DNA from: Haplodiscus bocki
Taxonomy: Eukaryota
Length of the DNA: 64,000 bases
Assembly (NCBI GenBank): GCA_965655095.1
Contig: OZ296648.1
Span: 178,994,001 to 179,058,000 of the forward strand
Direction of reading: 5' to 3'
Position 1 is the first letter of the stretch. Every line of letters starts with the position of its first letter. This document shows positions 10,901-25,900 of this stretch, piece after piece. Made by a program: the position numbers and the translations under genes. The notes beneath the pieces are model-generated. The model did no database searches. It had not been told where the DNA came from and was given only the letters and a program-made list of their open reading frames with translations.

Positions 10901-13900
10901 GCAGTCGCAACTGCCTGACATTTGCACAAGGCTAAAGAACAAGCACTGTTCTATCAAGAACTTTTTTGTTGCTGTCCCACAATATACAAAAACTTTGTTT
11001 GCGATGAGCTTGAAAACCAAGCCAAACCTGGCCCTGCTGACAAAAACTGGCATTTCATTGCTCCTTCCTTTTTGCACGTGGCGCTCTGATTTTTGCTTGA
11101 AGCTTGCAAAAGCAAAGTGTTGAGCTTTTGTTCTCCACACACTGAAGATTGATCGTGGTCCGGGGTCTTTCTGAAGTTTTTGTTTGCGAAAAAATTTAAA
11201 CGGCTGGCTAATGTTGTCAATTTGATACATAAATTGTCATTTTGTATTTTTTCCATGCAGGCCGTAAACTTCTTTGAATTTTGCAAAAGTTGAACGTTGA
11301 GACTCAACTCTATCGCAAACTACTTTTTGGTTCAGGCCGACAACACTTCGATAAACTTTTTGGCGATAGATTTATGAGAACTGAACCAAAAATGACCATC
11401 TTGATCAAAATAGGCCTTTGAATTGATTGCTTTTGCACACGTAAGGTGCCATACTACCTGAAATTTGCACTAATCTAACAAAACGACTTTGTTCTGAGCT
11501 AAGATAGGTTTATTTTTGGCACGACATTTTTTCTAACAATTGTTTGCGACAGAATCTTGGAATTCGAGCCAGTTATGGTCAATTCGACCGAAGTTGCAGC
11601 AGTTTGTTTTTTTTCGTTGCTGCAATAACTGCTCCAAAAGGCCTAAGTTTACGCGGCTAAGCAGTCACAACGAGTCTGATTACAATTTCTGTTTGGGGAA
11701 CACCGACAGTTTTCTTTGCGATAATGTCCTAAAAACTGAGCCCTTTTTTGGCCGAGTTGACCAAAGTTGCCTCGAAATGGGTTCAATATTTCCGCATATA
11801 GGGTTCCACACTGTTTGATTTTTATATAGGCCTAAACTTCATAACCTCTCTACTGCACACTTAACTTCATTCTTGGTCCAACACCTTTGCGATAGCTCTT
11901 TTTCCGATAGAACCCTGAAAAGCAAACAATTTTTGACCGCTTTGACTGAAATTGTTAATTTAAAGGTCGTTTACATCATTATGCAGATCTCCCACTTGCT
12001 TGTTTCTTGCAGAGGCTATACGACAAAAAAACAGACTATGTTCTATCGAACACTACCTTTAGGTGTATTCTAACAGTTTCCCGAGGGTTTGTTCTGCAAT
12101 AAAGTCTGAAAGTTGAAGCAGTTTTGGCCAAACTGTGCGAAGTTGCCTCATTAAAGGTCGTTTTTGTCCACAAGTAGTCATTCAAACTGCTTGATTTCCA
12201 CACAGGCTCAACGATTAAACTATTTTTAAGATCAGAGTGAAACTTGGTTCCTTCTGACAGATTTCTCTTTTTTTTGCGATACGCTTCAGAAACCGGACTA
12301 GTTTCGGTCACTTCCACAAAGAATGCCTTTTTGTAGATACTCCTCTCCCAAGTATAGCCCTCGCAACTGCCTGACATTTGCACAAGGCTAAAGAACAGGC
12401 ACTGTTCTATCAAGAACTTTTTTGTTGCTGTCCCACAATATACAAAAACTTTGTTTGCGATGAGCTTGAAAACCAAGCCAAACCTGGCCCTGCTGACAAA
12501 AACTGGCATTTCATTGCTCCTTCCTTTTTGCACGTGGCGCTCTGATTTTTACTTGAAGCTTGCAAAAGCAAAATGTTGAGCATTTGCTTTCCACACACTG
12601 AAGATTGATCGTGGCCCAGGGTCTTTCTGGCAGTTTTTGTTTGCGAAAAACTTTAAACGGCTAGCTAATGTTGTCAATTTGATACATAAATTGTCATTTT
12701 GTATTTTTTCCATGCAGGCCGTAAACTTCTTTGAACTTTGCAAAAGTTGAACGTTGAGACTCAGTTCTATCGCAAACTACATTTTGTTTCAGTCCGACAA
12801 CTCTTCGATAAAGTTTTTGGCGATAGATTTATGAGAACTGATCCAAAAATGACCAACTTGATCAAAATAGGCTTTTGAATTGTTGGTTTTTGCACATGTA
12901 GGGTGCCAGAATACCTGAAAATTGCACTAACTTAACAAAACGACTTTGTTTTGAGCTACGATAGGTTTATTTTTCGCACGACAGTTTTTCTAAGAATTGT
13001 TTGCGACAGAATCTTGGAATTCGAGCCAGTTATGGTAAATTCGATCGGAGTTGCAACAGTTTATTTTTTTCGTTGCTGCAATAACGGCTCCAAAAGGCCT
13101 AAGTTTACGCGGCTAAACAGGCAAATTGAGTCTGATTATAATTTCTGTTGGGGGATCACCGACAGTTTTCTTTGCGATATTATCCTAAAAACTCAGACCT
13201 TTTTTGGCCGAGTTGACCAAAGTTGCCTCGAAATGGGTTCAATTTTTCCGCATATAGGTTTCCACACTGTTTGAATTTTATAAAGGCCTAATCTTCATAG
13301 CCTCTCTATTGCACACTTAACTTCATTCTTGGTCCAAAACCTTTGCGATAGCTCTTTTTCCGATAGAACCCTGAAATGCAAACAAATTGTGACCGCTTTG
13401 ACTGAAATTGTTAATTTAAAGGTCGTTTACATCATTATGCAGATCTCCAACTTGCTTGTTTCTTGCAGAAGCTCTACGACAAAAAAAAGAGACTATGTTC
13501 TATCGGACACTACCTTTAGGTGTATTCTAACAGTTTCCCGAGCGTTTGTTCTGCAATAAAGTCTGAAAATTGAAGCAGTTTTGGCCAAACTGTGCAAAGT
13601 TGCCTCATTAAAGGTCGTTTTTGTCCACAAGTAGTCATTCAAACTGCTTGATTTCCACACAGGCTCAACGATTAAACTATTTTTAAGATCAGAGCGAAAC
13701 TTGGTTCCTTCTGACAGATTTCTCTTTTTTTCTGCGATACGCTTCAGAAACCGGACTACTTTCGGTCACTTCCACAAAGAATGCCTTTTTGTAGATACTC
13801 CTCTCCCAAGTATAGCACTCGCAACTGCCTGACATTTGCGCAAGGCTAAAAACAGGCACTGTTCTATCAAGAACTTTTTTGTTGCTGTCCCACAATATAC

Positions 13901-16900
13901 AAAATCTTTGTTTGCGATGAGCTTGAAAACCAAACTAAACCTGGCCCTGCTGACAAAAACTGGCATTTCATTGCTCCTTCCTTTTTGCACGTGGCGCTCT
14001 GATTTTTGCTTGAAGCTTGCAAAAGCAAAATGTTGAGCATTTGTATTCCACACACTGAAGATTGATCGTGGTCCGGGGTCTTTCTGGCAGTTTTTGTTTG
14101 CGAAAAAATTTAAACGGCTAGCTAATGTTGTAAATTTGATACATAAATTTTCATTTTGTATTTTTTCCATGCAGGCCGTAAAGTTCTTTGAAAATTGCAA
14201 AAGTTGAACGTTCAGACTCAGCTCTATCGTAAAATACTTTTTGGTTCAGTCCGACAACTCTTCGATAAAAATTTTGGCGATAGATTTATGAGAACTGAAT
14301 CAAAAATGACCAACTTGATCAAAATTGGCTTTTGAAATGTTGGTTTTTGCACATGTAGGGTGCCAGAATACCTGAAACTTGCACTAACTTAACAAAACGA
14401 CTTTATTCTGAGCTACGATAGGTTTAATTTTCGCACGACAGTTTTTCTGAGAATTGTTTGCGACAGAATCTTGGAATTCGAGCCACTTATGGTCAATTCG
14501 ACCGAAGTTGCAACAGTTTATTTTTTTCGTTGCTGCAATAACGGCTCCAAAAAGCCTAAGTTTACGCGGATAAGCAGGCATATTGAGTCTGATTACAATT
14601 TCTGTTGGGGGAACACCGACAGTTTTCTTTGCGATAATATCCTAAAAACTCAGTCCTTTTTTGGCCGAGTTGACCAAAGTTGCCTCGAAATGGGTCCAAT
14701 TTTTCCGCATATAGGGTTCCACACTGTTTGAATTTTATATAAGCCTAATCTTCGTAGCCTCTCTATTGCACACTTAACTTCAATCTTGGTCCAACACCTT
14801 TGCGATAGCTCTTTTTCCGATAGAACCCTGAAAAGCAAACAAATTGTGACCGCTTTGACTGAAATTGTTAATTTGAAACTTGTTTACATCATTATGCAGA
14901 TCTCCAACTTCCTTGTTTCTTGCAGAGGCTCTACGACACAAAAAGAGACTATGTTCTATCGATCACTAACCTTTAAGTGTATTCTAACAGTTTCCCGAGC
15001 GTTTGTTCTGCAATAAAATCTGAAAATTGAAGCAGTTTTGGCCAAAATGTGCGAAGTTGCCTCATTAAAGCTCGTTTTTGTGCAAAAGTAGTCATTGAAA
15101 CTGCTTGATTTTCACACAGGCTCATCGATTAAACTATTTTTAAGATCAGAGCGAAACTTGGTTCCTTCTGACAGATTTCTCTTTTTTTTGCGATACACTT
15201 CAGAAACCGGACTACTTTCGATCACTTCCACAAAAATTGCCCTTTTGCAGATACTCCGCTCCCAAGTATAGCACTCGCAACTGCCTGACATTTGCACAAG
15301 GCTAAAGAACAGGCACTGTTCTATCAAGAACTTTTTTGTTGCTGTCCCACAATATACAAAAACTTTGTTTGCGATGAGCTTGAAAACCAAGCCAAACCTG
15401 GCCCTGCTGATAAAAACTGGCATTTCATTGCTCCTTCCTTTTTGCACGTGGCGCTCTGATTTTTACTTGAAGCTTGCAAAAGCAAACTATTGAGCATTTG
15501 TTTTCCACACACTGAAGATTGATCGTGGCCAAGGGTCTTTCTGGCAGTTTTTGTTTGCGAAAAACTTTAAACGGCTAGCTAATGTTGTCAATTTGATACA
15601 TAAATTGTCATTTTGCATTTTTTCCATGCAGGCCGTAAACTTCTTTGAAATTTGCAAAAGTTGAACGTTGAGACTCAGTTCTATCGCAAACTACATTTTG
15701 TTTCAGTCCGACAACTCTTCGATAAAGTTTTTGGCGATAGATTTATGAGAACTGATCCAAAAATGACCAACTTGATCAAAACAGGCTTTTGAATTGTTGG
15801 TTTTTGCACATGTAGGGTGCCAGAATACCTGAAAATTGCACTAACTTAACAAAACGACTTTGTTCTGAGCTACGATAGGTTTATTTTTTGCACGACAGTT
15901 TTTCTAAGAATTGTTTGCGACAGAATCTTGGAATTCGAGCCAGTTATGGTCAATTCGACCGAAGTTGCAACAGTTTATTTTTTTCGTTGCTGCAATAACG
16001 GCTCCAAAAGGCCTAAGTTTACGCGGCTAAGCAGGCATATTGGGTCTGATTACAATTTCTTTTGGGGGGAACTCCGACAGTTTTCCTTGCGATAATATCT
16101 TAAAAACTGAGCACTTTTTTGGCCGAGTTGACCAAAGTTGCCTCGAAATGGGTTCACTTTTTCCGCATATAGGGTTCCACACTGTTTGAATTTTATATAG
16201 GCCTAATCTTCATAGCCTCTCTATTGCACACTTAACTTCATTCTTGGTCCAAAACCTTTGCGGTAGCTCTTTTTCCGATAGAACCCTGAAAAGCAAACTA
16301 TTTTTGACCGCTTTGACTGAAATTGTTAATTTAAAGGTCGTTTACATCATTATGCAGATCTCCAACTTGCTTGTTTCTTGCAGAGGCTATACGACAAAAA
16401 AAAGAGACTATGTTCTATCGAACACTACCTTTAGGTGTATTCTAACAGTTTCCCGAGGGTTTGTTCTGCAATAAAGTCTGAAAGTTGAAGCAGTTTTGGC
16501 CAAACTGTGCGAAGTTGCCTCATTAAAGGTCGTTTTTGTCCACAAGTAGTCATTCAAACTGCTTGATTTCCACACAGGCTCAACGATTAAACTATTTTTA
16601 AGATCAGAGCGAAACTTGGTTCCTTCTGACAGATTTCTCTTTTTTTTTGCGATAGGCTTCAGAAACCGGACTACTTTCGGTCACTTCCACAAAAATTGCC
16701 TTTTTGTAGATACTCCTCTCCCAAGTATAGCACTCGCAACTGCCTGACATTTGCACAAGGCTAAAGAACAGGCACTGTTCTATCAAGAACGTTTTTGTTG
16801 CTGTCCCACAATAAACAAAAACTTTGTTTACGACGAGCTTGAAAACCAAGCCAAACCTGGCCCTGCTGACAAAAACCGGCATTTCATTGCTCCTTCCTTT

Positions 16901-19900
16901 TTGCACGTGGCGCTCTGATTTTTGCTTGAAGCTTGCAAAAGCAAAATGTTGAGCATTTGCTTTCCACACACTGAAGATTGATCGTGGTCCGGGGTCTTTC
17001 TGGCAGTTTTTGTTTGCGAAAAAATTTAAACGGCTAGCTAATGTTGTCAATTTGATACATAAATTGTCATTTTGTATTTTTTCCATGCAGGCCGTAAACT
17101 TCTTTGAAAATTGCAAAAGTTGAACGTTGAGACTCAGTTCTATCGCAAACTACATTTTGTTTCAGTCCGACAAATCTTCGATAAAGTTTTTGGCGATAGA
17201 TTTATGAGAACTGATCCAAAAAGGACCAACTTGATCAAAACAGGCTTTTGAATTGTTGGTTTTTGCACATGTAGGGTGCCAGAATACCTGAAAATTGCAC
17301 TAACTTAACAAAACGACTTTGTTCTGAGCTACGATAGGTTTATTTTTTGCACGACAGTTTTTCTAAGAATTGTTTGCGACAGAATCTTGGAATTCGAGCC
17401 AGTTATGGTCAATTCGACCGAAGTTGCAACAGTTTATTTTTTTCGTTGCTGCAATAACGGCTCCAAAAGGCCTAAGTTTACGCGGCTAAGCAGGCATATT
17501 GGGTCTGATTACAATTTCTTTTGGGGGGAACTCCGACAGTTTTCCTTGCGATAATATCTTAAAAACTGGGCACTTTTTTGGCCGAGTTGACCAAAGTTGC
17601 CTCGAAATGGGTTCACTTTTTCCGCATATAGGGTTCCACACTGTTTGAATTTTATATAGGCCTAATCTTCATAGCCTCTCTATTGCACACTTAACTTCAT
17701 TCTTGGTCCAAAACCTTTGCGGTAGCTCTTTTTCCGATAGAACCCTGAAAAGCAAACTATTTTTGACCGCTTTGACTGAAATTGTTAATTTAAAGGTCGT
17801 TTACATCATTATGCAGATCTCCAACTTGCTTGTTTCTTGCAGAGGCTATACGACAAAAAAAAGAGACTATGTTCTATCGAACACTACCTTTAGGTGTATT
17901 CTAACAGTTTCCCGAGGGTTTGTTCTGCAATAAAGTCTGAAAGTTGAAGCAGTTTTGGCCAAACTGTGCGAAGTTGCCTCATTAAAGGTCGTTTTTGTCC
18001 ACAAGTAGTCATTCAAACTGCTTGATTTCCACACAGGCTCAACGATTAAACTATTTTTAAGATCAGAGCGAAACTTGGTTCCTTCTGACAGATTTCTCTT
18101 TTTTTTGCGATAGGCTTCAGAAACCGGACTACTTTCGGTCACTTCCACAAAAATTGCCTTTTTGTAGATACTCCTCTCCCAAGTATAGCACTCGCAACTG
18201 CCTGACATTTGCACAAGGCTAAAGAACAGGCACTGTTCTATCAAGAACGTTTTTGTTGCTGTCCCACAATAAACAAAAACTTTGTTTACGACGAGCTTGA
18301 AAACCAAGCCAAACCTGGCCCTGCTGACAAAAACCGGCATTTCATTGCTCCTTCCTTTTTGCACGTGGCGCTCTGATTTTTGCTTGAAGCTTGCAAAAGC
18401 AAAATGTTGAGCATTTGCTTTCCACACACTGAAGATTGATCGTGGTCCGGGGTCTTTCTGGCAGTTTTTGTTTGCGAAAAAATTTAAACGGCTAGCTAAT
18501 GTTGTCAATTTGATACATAAATTGTCATTTTGTATTTTTTCCATGCAGGCCGTAAACTTCTTTGAAAATTGCAAAAGTTGAACGTTGAGACTCAGTTCTA
18601 TCGCAAACTACATTTTGTTTCAGTCCGACAAATCTTCGATAAAGTTTTTGGCGATAGATTTATGAGAACTGATCCAAAAAGGACCAACTTGATCAAAACA
18701 GGCTTTTGAATTGTTGGTTTTTGCACATGTAGGGTGCCAGAATACCTGAAAATTGCACTAACTTAACAAAACGACTTTGTTCTGAGCTACGATAGGTTTA
18801 TTTTTTGCACGACAGTTTTTCTAAGAATTGTTTGCGACAGAATCTTGGAATTCGAGCCAGTTATGGTCAATTCGACCGAAGTTGCAACAGCTTATTTTTT
18901 TCGTTGCTGCAATAACGGCTCCAAAAGGCCTAAGTTTACGCGGCTAAGCAGGCATATTGGGTCTGATTACAATTTCTTTTGGGGGGAACTCCGACAGTTT
19001 TCCTTGCGATAATATCTTAAAAACTGAGCACTTTTTTGGCCGAGTTGACCAAAGTTGCCTCGAAATGGGTTCACTTTTTCCGCATATAGGGTTCCACACT
19101 GTTTGAATTTTATATAGGCCTAATCTTCATAGCCTCTCTATTGCACACTTAACTTCATTCTTGGTCCAAAACCTTTGCGGTAGCTCTTTTTCCGATAGAA
19201 CCCTGAAAAGCAAACTATTTTTGACCGCTTTGACTGAAATTGTTAATTTAAAGGTCGTTTACATCATTATGCAGATCTCCAACTTGCTTGTTTCTTGCAG
19301 AGGCTATACTACAAAAAAAAAGAGACTATGTTCTATCGAACACTACCTTTAGGTGTATTCTAACAGTTTCCCGAGGGTTTGTTCTGCAATAAAGTCTGAA
19401 AGTTGAAGCAGTTTTGGCCAAACTGTGCGAAGTTGCCTCATTAAAGGTCGTTTTTGTCCACAAGTAGTCATTCAAACTGCTTGATTTCCACACAGGCTCA
19501 ACGATTAAACTATTTTTAAGATCAGAGCGAAACTTGGTTCCTTCTGACAGATTTCTCTTTTTTTTTGCGATAGGCTTCAGAAACCGGACTACTTTCGGTC
19601 ACTTCCACAAAAATTGCCTTTTTGTAGATACTCCTCTCCCAAGTATAGCACTCGCAACTGCCTGACATTTGCACAAGGCTAAAGAACAGGCACTGTTCTA
19701 TCAAGAACGTTTTTGTTGCTGTCCCACAATAAACAAAAACTTTGTTTACGACGAGCTTGAAAACCAAGCCAAACCTGGCCCTGCTGACAAAAACCGGCAT
19801 TTCATTGCTCCTTCCTTTTTGCACGTGGCGCTCTGATTTTTGCTTGAAGCTTGCAAAAGCAAAATGTTGAGCATTTGCTTTCCACACACTGAAGATTGAT

Positions 19901-22900
19901 CGTGGTCCGGGGTCTTTCTGGCAGTTTTTGTTTGCGAAAAAATTTAAACGGCTAGCTAATGTTGTCAATTTGATACATAAATTGTCATTTTGTATTTTTT
20001 CCATGCAGGCCGTAAACTTCTTTGAAAATTGCAAAAGTTGAACGTTGAGACTCAGTTCTATCGCAAACTACATTTTGTTTCAGTCCGACAAATCTTCGAT
20101 AAAGTTTTTGGCGATAGATTTATGAGAACTGATCCAAAAAGGACCAACTTGATCAAAACAGGCTTTTGAATTGTTGGTTTTTGCACATGTAGGGTGCCAG
20201 AATACCTGAAAATTGCACTAACTTAACAAAACGACTTTGTTCTGAGCTACGATAGGTTTATTTTTTGCACGACAGTTTTTCTAAGAATTGTTTGCGACAG
20301 AATCTTGGAATTCGAGCCACTTATGGTCAATTCGACCGAAGTTGCAACAGTTTAACTTTTTCGTTGCTGCAATAACGGCTCCAAAAAGCCTAAGTTTACG
20401 CGGATAAGCAGGCATATTGAGTCTGATTACAATTTCTGTTGGGGGAACACCGACAGTTTTCTTTGCGATAATATCCTAAAAACTCAGCCCTTTTTTGGCC
20501 GAGTTGACCAAAGTTGCCTCGAAATGGGTCCAATTTTTCCGCATATAGGTTCCACGCTGTTTGAATTTTATATAAGCCTAATCTTCATAGCCTCTCTTTT
20601 GCACACTTAACTTCAATCTTGGTCCAACACCTTTGCGATAGCTCTTTTTCCGATAGAACCCTGAAAAGCAAACAATTTGTGACCGCTTTGACTGAAATTG
20701 TTAATTTGAAACTCGTTTACATCATTATGCAGATCTCCAACTTCCTTGTTTCTTGCAGAGGCTCTACGACACGAAAAGAGACTATGTTCTATCGATCACT
20801 AACCTTTAAGTATATTCTAACAGTTTCCCGAGCTTTTGTTCTGCAATAAAGTCTGAAAATTGAAGCAGTTTTGGCCAAAATGTGCGAAGTTGCCTCATTA
20901 AAGCTCGTTTATGTGCAGTAGTCATTGAAACTGCTTGATTTTTACACAGGCTCATCGATTAAACTATTTTTCAGATCAGAGCGAAACTTGGTTCCTTCTG
21001 ACAGATTTCTTTTTTTTATGCGATACACTTCAGAAACCGGACTACTTTCGGTCACTTCCACAAAAATTGCCTTTTTGCAGATACTCCTTTCCCAAGTATA
21101 GCACTCGCAACTGCCTGACAGTTGCACAAGGCTAAAGAACAGGCACTGTTCTATCAAGAAATCTTTTGTTGCTGTCCGACAATATACAAAAACTTTGTTT
21201 GCAATGACCTTGAAAACCAAGCTAAACCTGGCCCTGCTGACAAAAACTGGCATTTCATTGCTCCTTCCTTTTTGCACGTGGCGCTCTGATTTTTGCTTGA
21301 AGCTTGCAAAAGCAAAATGTTGAGCATTTGCTTCCCACACACTGAAGATTGATCGTGGTCCGGGGTCTTTCTGGCAGTTTTTGTTTGCGAAAAAATTTAA
21401 ACGGCTAGCTAATGTTGTCAATTTGATATATAAATTGTCATTTTGTATTTTTACCATGCAGGCCGTAAACTTCTTTGAAAATTGCAAAAGTTGAACGTTG
21501 AGACTCAGCTCTATCGTAAACTACTTTTTGGTTCAGTCCGACAAGTCTTCGATAAAGTTTTTGGCGATAGATTTATGAGAACTGAACCAAAAATGACCAA
21601 CTTGATCAAAATAGGCTTTTGAATTGTTGGTTTTTGCACATGTAGGGTGCCAGAATACCTGAAACTTGCACTAACTTAACAAAACGACTTTATTCTGAGC
21701 TACGATAGGTTTAATTTTCGCACGACAGTTTTTCTAAGAATTGTTTGCGACAGAATCTTGGAATTCGAGCCACTTATGGTCAATTCGACCGAAGTTGCAA
21801 CAGTTTATTTTTTTCGTTGCTGCAATAACGGCTCCAAAAAGCCTAAGTTTACGCGGCTAAGCAGGCATATTGAGTCTGATTACAATTTCTGTTGGGGGAA
21901 CACCGACAGTTTTCTTTGCGATAATATCCTAAAAACTGAGCCCTTTTTTGGCCGAGTTGACCAAAGTTGCCTCGAAATGGGTCCAATTTTTCCGCATATA
22001 GGGTTCCACACTGTTTGAATTTTATATAAGCCTACTCCTCATAGCCTCTCTATTGCACACTTCACTTCAATCTTGGTCCAACACCTTTGCGATAGCTCTT
22101 CTTCCGATAGAACCCTGAAAAGCAAACAAATTGTGACCGCTTTGACTGAAATTGTTAATTTAAAGGTCGTTCACATCATTATGCAGATCTCCAACTTGCT
22201 TGTTTCTTGCAGAGGCTGTACGACAAAAAAAAAGAGACTATGTTCTATCGAACACTACCTTTAGGTGTATTCTAACAGTTTCCCGAGGGTTAGTTCTGCA
22301 ATAAAGTCTGAAAGTTGAAGCAGTTTTGACCAAACTGTGCGAAGTTGCCTCATTAAAGGTCGTTTTTGTCCACAAGTAGTCATTCAAACTGCTTGATTTC
22401 CACACAGGCTCAACGATTAAACTATTTTTAAGATCGGAGCGAAACTTGGTTCCTTCTGACAGATTTCTCTTTTTTTTGCGATACGCCTCAGAAACCGGAC
22501 TACTCTCGGTCACTTCCACAAAGAATGCCTTTTTGTAGATACTCCTCTCCCAAGTATAGCACTCGCAACTGCCTGACATTTGCACAAGGCTAAAGAACAG
22601 GCACTGTTCTATCAAGAACTTTTTTGTTGCTGTCCCATAATATACAAAAACTTTGTTTGCGATGAGCTTGAAAACCAAGCCAAACCTGGCCCTGCTGACA
22701 AAAACTGGCATTTTATTGCTCCTTCCCTTTTGCACGTGGCGCTCTGATTTTTGCTTGAAGCTTGCAAAAGCAAAATGTTGAGCATTTGCTTTCCACACAC
22801 TGAAGATTGATCGTGGTCCGGGGTCTTTCTGGCAGTTTTTGTTTGCGAAAAAATTTAAACGGCTAGCTAATGTTGTCAATTTGATACATAAATTGTCATT

Positions 22901-25900
22901 TTGTATTTTTTCCATGCAGGCCGTAAACTTCTTTGAAAATTGCAAAAGTTGAACGTTGAGACTCAGTTCTATTGCAAACTACATTTTGTTTCAGTCCGAC
23001 AACTCTTCGATAAAGTTTTTGGCGATAGATTTATGGGAACTGATCCAAAAATGACCAACTTGATCAAAAAAGGCTTTTGAATTGTTGGTTTTTGCACATG
23101 TAGGGTGCCAGAATACCTGAAAATTGCACTAACTTAACAAAACGACTTTGTTCTGAGCTGCGATAGGTTTATTTTTTGCACGACAGTTTTTCTAAGAATT
23201 GTTTGCGACAGAATCTTGGAATTCGAGCCAGTTATGGTAAATTCGATCGAAGTTGCAACAGTTTATTTTTTTCGTTGCTGCAATAACCGCTCCAAAAGGC
23301 CTAAGTTTACGCGGCTAGGCAGGCAAATTGAGTCTGATTACATTTTCTGTTGGAGGAACACCGACAGTTTTCTTTGCGAAATTATCCTAAAAACTGAGCC
23401 TTTTTTTGGCCGAGTTGACCAAAGTTGCCTCGAAATGGGTTCAATTTTTCCGCATATAGGTTTCCACACTGTTTGAATTTTATATAGGCCTAATCTTCAT
23501 AGCCTCTCTATTGCACACTTAACTTCATTCGTGGTCCAAAACCTTTGCGATAGCTCTTTTTCCGATAGAATCCTGAAAAACAAACAAATTGTGACCGCTT
23601 TGACTGAAATTGTTAATTTAAAGGTCGTTTACATCATTCTGCAGATCTCCAACTTGCTTGTTTCTTGCTGAGGCTGTACGACAAAAAAAGAGACTATGTT
23701 CTATCGAACACTACCTTTAGGTGTATTCTAACAGTTTCCCGAGGGTTTGTTCTGCAATAAAGTCTGAAAGTTGAAGCAGTTTTGGCCAAACTGTGCGAAG
23801 TTGCCGCATTAAAGGTCGTTTTTGTCCGCAAGTAGTCATTCAAACTGCTTGATTTCCACACAGGCTCAACGATTAAACTATTTTTAAGATCAGAGCGAAA
23901 CTTGGTTCCTTCTGACAGATTTCTCTTTTTCTTGCGATAGGCTTCAGAAACCGGACTACTTTCGGTCACTTCCACAAAGAATGCCTTTTTGTAGATACTC
24001 CTCTCCCAAGTATAGCACTCGCAACTGCCTGACATTTGCACAAGGCTAAAGAACAGGCACTGTTCTATCAAGAACTTTTTTGTTGCTGTCCCATAATATA
24101 CAAAAACTTTGTTTGCGATGAGCTTGAAAACCAAGCCAAACCTGGCCCTGCTGACAAAAACTGGCATTTCATTGCTCCTTCCCTTTTGCACGTGGCGCTC
24201 TGATTTTTGCTTGAAGCTTGGAAAAGCAAAATGTTGAGCATTTGCTTTCCACACATTGAAAATTGATCGTGGTCCGGGGTCTTTCTGGCAGTTTTTGTTT
24301 GCGAAAAAATTTAAACGGCTAGCTAATGTTGTCAATTTGATACATAAATTGTCATTTTGTATTTTTTCCATGCAGGCCGTAAAGTTCTTTGAATTTTGCA
24401 AAAGTTGAACGTTGAGACTCACCTCTATCGCAAACTACTTTTTGGTTCCGTCCGACAACTCTTCGATAAAGTTTTTGGCGATAGATTTAAGAGAATTGAA
24501 GCAAAAATGACCAACTTGATCAAAAGAGGCGTTTGAATTGTTGGTTTTTGCACATGTAGGGTGCCAGAATACCTGAAACTTGCACTAACTTAACAAAACG
24601 ACTTTATTCTGAGCTACGATAGGTTTAATTTTCGCACGACAGTTTTTCTAAGAATTGTTTGCGACAGAATCTTGGAATTCGAGCCAGTTATGGTAAATTC
24701 GATCGGAGTTGCAACAGTTTATTTTTTTCGTTGCTGCAATAACGGCTCCAAAAGGCCTAAGTTTACGCGGCTAAACAGGCAAATTGAGTCTGATTACAAT
24801 TTCTGTTGGGGGAACACCGACAGTTTTCTTTGCGATATTATCCTAAAAACTGAGCCATTTTTGGCCAAGTTGACCAAAGTTGCCTTGAAATGGGTCCAAT
24901 TTTTCCGCATAGAGGGTTCCACACTGTTTGAATTTTTTATAGGCATAATCTTCATAGCCTCTCTATTGCACACTTAACTTCAATCTTGGTCCAACACCTT
25001 TGCGATAGCTCTTTTTCCGATAGAACCCTGAAAAGCAAACAAATTGTGACCACTTTGACTGAAATTGTTAATTTAAAGGTCGTTTACATCATTATGCAGA
25101 TCTCCAACTTGCTTGTTTCTTGCAGAGGCTGTACGACAAAAAAAAAGAGACAATGTTCTATCGAACACTACCTTTAGGTGTATTCTAACAGTTTCCCGAG
25201 GGTTTGTTCTGCAATAAAGTCTGAAAATTGAAGCAGTTTTGGCCAAAAGGTGCGAAGTTGCCTCTTTAAAGGTCGTTTTTGTGCAGAAGTAGTCATTGAA
25301 ACTGCTTGATTTTCACACAGGCTCAACCATTAAACTATTTTTAAGATCAGAGCGAAACTTGGTTCCTTCTGACAGATTTTTCTTTTTTTTGCGATACGCT
25401 TCAGAAACCGGACTACTTTCGGTCACTTCCACAAAGAATGCCTTTTTGTAGATACTCCTCTCCCAAGTATAGCACTCGCAACTGCCTGACATTTGCACAA
25501 GGCTAAAGAACAGGCACTGTTCTATCAAGAACTTTTTTGTTGCTGTCCCATAATATACAAAAACTTTGTTTGCGATGAGCTTGAAAACCAAGCCAAACCT
25601 GGCCCTGCTGACAAAAACTGGCATTTCATTGCTCCTTCCCTTTTGCACGTGGCGCTCTCATTTTTGCTTGAAGCTTGCAAAAGCAAAATGTTGAGCATTT
25701 GCTTTCCACACATTGAAAATTGATCGTGGTCCGGGGTCTTTCTGGCAGTTTTTGTTTGCGAAAAAATTTAAACGGCTAGCTAATGTTGTCAATTTGATAT
25801 ATAAATTGTCATTTTGTATTTTTACCATGCAGGCCGTAAACTTCTTTGAAAATTGCAAAAGTTGAACGTTGAGACTCAGCTCTATCGTAAACTACTTTTT

